Of a stretch of 64,000 nt of DNA, positions 61,731-64,000 are shown piece after piece; position 1 is the stretch's first letter, and each line of letters opens with the position of its first letter. The position numbers and the translations under genes are program-made. Below the pieces are notes generated by a model. It ran no database searches, was not told the origin of the DNA, and worked only from the letters and a program-made list of their open reading frames with translations. The stretch spans positions 704,001 to 768,000 of the forward strand of contig CAVRAG010000007.1 of NCBI GenBank assembly GCA_963718895.1. The letters are read 5' to 3'. Source of the DNA: an uncultured Nitrososphaerota archaeon (lineage in GTDB: Archaea; Thermoproteota; Nitrososphaeria; Nitrososphaerales; Gagatemarchaeaceae).

Positions 61731-61994
61731 TGTGGGGGGCTGGCAGAATAATCGCAAAGTCAAGAATTAGGCGCAATCCGGGTATGGAGATACGAATGAG
61801 TTTGGACCTGCGCTTACGTTTCACTTCGTGGTCAAGGCCATGTTGTTCGCTAGGTCTCCCACCATGATTCTGGTTCCGGGTGACGTGATCCAAGGCAAGA
61901 GCGAGTCGTATACCATACGCGTCCCACTTTCGAATAGGTCAGTTACATCGGACGTCTACAAAGCAACGACCGAAGATCGAAAGGCGCGTTCGCG

Positions 61995-63074
61995 GTGAAG
62001 ACCCCGAGGATTGAAAACGACCAAGACAACAACGACCTGTTAACCCAAAGGATGAGAAGGGAGGCATCCATACTGCAACGAATCAACCATCCCAACGTCG
62101 TGAAATATGTCGACCAGGCAGAGCGGGATGGAAGCTTCTTGCTCGTTGAACAGTTTGTATCCGGAGAGAATCTGAACGACCTTCGCGGCCATCCTCCTCA
62201 GCCGATGAAGGAACTCGACGCGACCGGTTACAGTCTCACTCTTCTCAAGGTCTTGGAGTACCTACACGGTCAGGCCGATCCCATCATCCATGGAGACATA
62301 AGACCAGAGAATGTCCTCATAGGCAATCGGACAGGACGTTTTGTGCTAATCAACTTCGCAACGCAGGACTTGGTTGAGACATCGAACCTGACGTTTCGCC
62401 CCGGTATCAAGGGGTACAGCGCCCCTGAGCAGTTAAGAGGTGAAGCGACAGCGCTCTCAGATATCTATTCGGCTGGCGCGTTCGTCTTCGCGTCAGTTAC
62501 AGGAAGGCAACCAAGTGACTATATCGACCTGGTCGATGGTCACCTGACCACCCTTCCCAGCGAAATCGTTCCATCGGTCAGCGAGAATCTTTCGAAGGTC
62601 ATAGCTCAGGCCATGAGCCCCCAACGCTTCGAATCAGCACGGTCGATGTATGCAGCGATTCGCAACGCGATGCCGAAGAATCCAGCGACCGTTATGCTAG
62701 AATCAAGATCGTATCAGGTGACCGATAGCATTGAAATCGGCCGTCGGCACGAGTGCAATCGCATCTGCGCACAGAGGGGAAGCCACTGTCTACCCGAGAT
62801 CCTCGTCTCTGAAGGCGCCCAGTACGTGTCGCCCCACCACGCCAAGATCTTTCGGAGTGAGCAAAATGTGTGGTATGTTAAGGACCTGATCACTCGGAAC
62901 CACACGGCCCTGTCGTCCGATGGAGGCAAAACTTTCCGGGTCATACCTCCCGGAGGCGTGGACATGATGCACTCTGACGACGTCATCGCGATCGTCTATT
63001 CCGGCAGCTCATGCTGTGAAATCGCTCATAAACACGAAGGAGCACTCAAGACGTTGTTATTCAAGGAGACATGA
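61995..63074 (+). CDS. Hanks-type Ser/Thr kinase-like protein with C-terminal FHA domain (N-lobe start probably frameshifted upstream)
   Basis: HPNVV, IIHGDIRPEN, YSAPEQ, SDIYSAG; FHA motifs IGR, VSPHHA. Confidence 0.85.
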   Translation: MKTPRIENDQDNNDLLTQRMRREASILQRINHPNVVKYVDQAERDGSFLLVEQFVSGENLNDLRGHPPQPMKELDATGYSLTLLKVLEYLHGQADPIIHGDIRPENVLIGNRTGRFVLINFATQDLVETSNLTFRPGIKGYSAPEQLRGEATALSDIYSAGAFVFASVTGRQPSDYIDLVDGHLTTLPSEIVPSVSENLSKVIAQAMSPQRFESARSMYAAIRNAMPKNPATVMLESRSYQVTDSIEIGRRHECNRICAQRGSHCLPEILVSEGAQYVSPHHAKIFRSEQNVWYVKDLITRNHTALSSDGGKTFRVIPPGGVDMMHSDDVIAIVYSGSSCCEIAHKHEGALKTLLFKET

Positions 63075-63087
63075 GGCGGGAATCTCG

Positions 63088-63951
63088 ATGAGCGATGGTA
63101 GAGAGCGATTTCAGGAGGGCCTCGACTCGGAGGCAGATTCGACTCAGACCAATGACCCGCAGGCTTCGGGTCCAGGCCCTCGATTTGGCTTCGCCTCTAA
63201 CGTGGGGTTGAAGAGGAAGGTCGACGAAGACAGCCTTCTTGTCCTTGAGGTTACGGTGGTATTCGACGCGAGGGTGAGGAGGAGGGTCTTGCTGGCCATC
63301 TCGGATGGCATGAGTGGACACCCCAGGGGTGAAATTGCGAGCAGAATAGTAATCAGAACCCTTGTTGGAGTTTTGTGCAACGTCATGGCCAGTAATACCG
63401 CAATCAGCGCCAAGATGGCGAGCGAGGAGATCGTTGGCGCAATCCAAGAAGCAGGCAAGAGAATGAACGTTTACTCGAGCCGCGTTCCGGGCAGCACTGG
63501 AATGGGCGCGACAGTGGTCCTCGCCATGATAGACGGAGACCAAATCTATTCCGCGAATCTGGGCGATTCCAGAGTCTACGTGATCAATCGAGAGGGGATA
63601 CGACGGGTCACGAAGGATCACTCGTACGTCCAAGAACTCGTAGATTCAGGTAAGATAGAGGCCGATGCAGCCAAGACCCATCCCAGAAGGAACTTGGTGA
63701 CCCGCGTTGTTGCCGCAGATTCCGATTCGACGCCACGCACCTTCGCAGATACTCTAGTCGAAGGCGACATTGTGCTCGTCTGCTCTGATGGTATCCACCT
63801 TTACATCGATGACGATGAGCTGAGAAAAATCATTCTTGAGGAATCAGATCCCCAGCGTGTCTGCGACAAACTCATCGCGATGGCGAACGGAAGAGGAGGC
63901 GCCGACAATGTATCCGTAATCATGTTTCCGTTCGGTTCCATGAAGGAGTGA
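63088..63951 (+). CDS. PP2C-family Ser/Thr phosphatase
   Basis: DEDS, SDGMSG, NLGDSRVY, TKDHS, CSDG, ADNVS. Confidence 0.93.
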   Translation: MSDGRERFQEGLDSEADSTQTNDPQASGPGPRFGFASNVGLKRKVDEDSLLVLEVTVVFDARVRRRVLLAISDGMSGHPRGEIASRIVIRTLVGVLCNVMASNTAISAKMASEEIVGAIQEAGKRMNVYSSRVPGSTGMGATVVLAMIDGDQIYSANLGDSRVYVINREGIRRVTKDHSYVQELVDSGKIEADAAKTHPRRNLVTRVVAADSDSTPRTFADTLVEGDIVLVCSDGIHLYIDDDELRKIILEESDPQRVCDKLIAMANGRGGADNVSVIMFPFGSMKE

Positions 63952-64000
63952 TAACGAAGGTGCAGGTAGCTGTAGCAGGAAGTAATCGGGCATCGGTTCC

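Overview
GC-rich archaeal genomic window. A canonical archaeal TBP gene, TATA-like boxes about 25 nt before many starts and the gene content point to a non-ammonia-oxidising Nitrososphaerota-like organism (inference). It is mostly accessory DNA. It contains (i) catabolic and transport genes: DhaKL, RraA-like, a Liv-type ABC operon, two LLM oxidoreductases, a SelA-like PLP enzyme, D-glutamate cyclase and SDRs; (ii) a signal-peptidase-plus-tandem-subunit surface-fibre operon; (iii) toxin-antitoxin, OLD-nuclease and IS5 relics; and (iv) a kinase-FHA/PP2C pair. Many genes are split by single-base frameshifts, so long-read error is likely and pseudogene calls are tentative. The top novel signal is a dispersed family of four non-coding elements of about 130-260 nt (at about 40.4, 45.9, 48.0 and 59.0 kb). 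Each has a TATA-like box at conserved spacing, and a closing stem is kept by compensatory changes, so this is a candidate new structured ncRNA or mini mobile element. Two copies bracket a recurring layout of element, variable defence cargo, and a Zn-finger/DUF1294/HerA cassette that itself occurs three times in the window.
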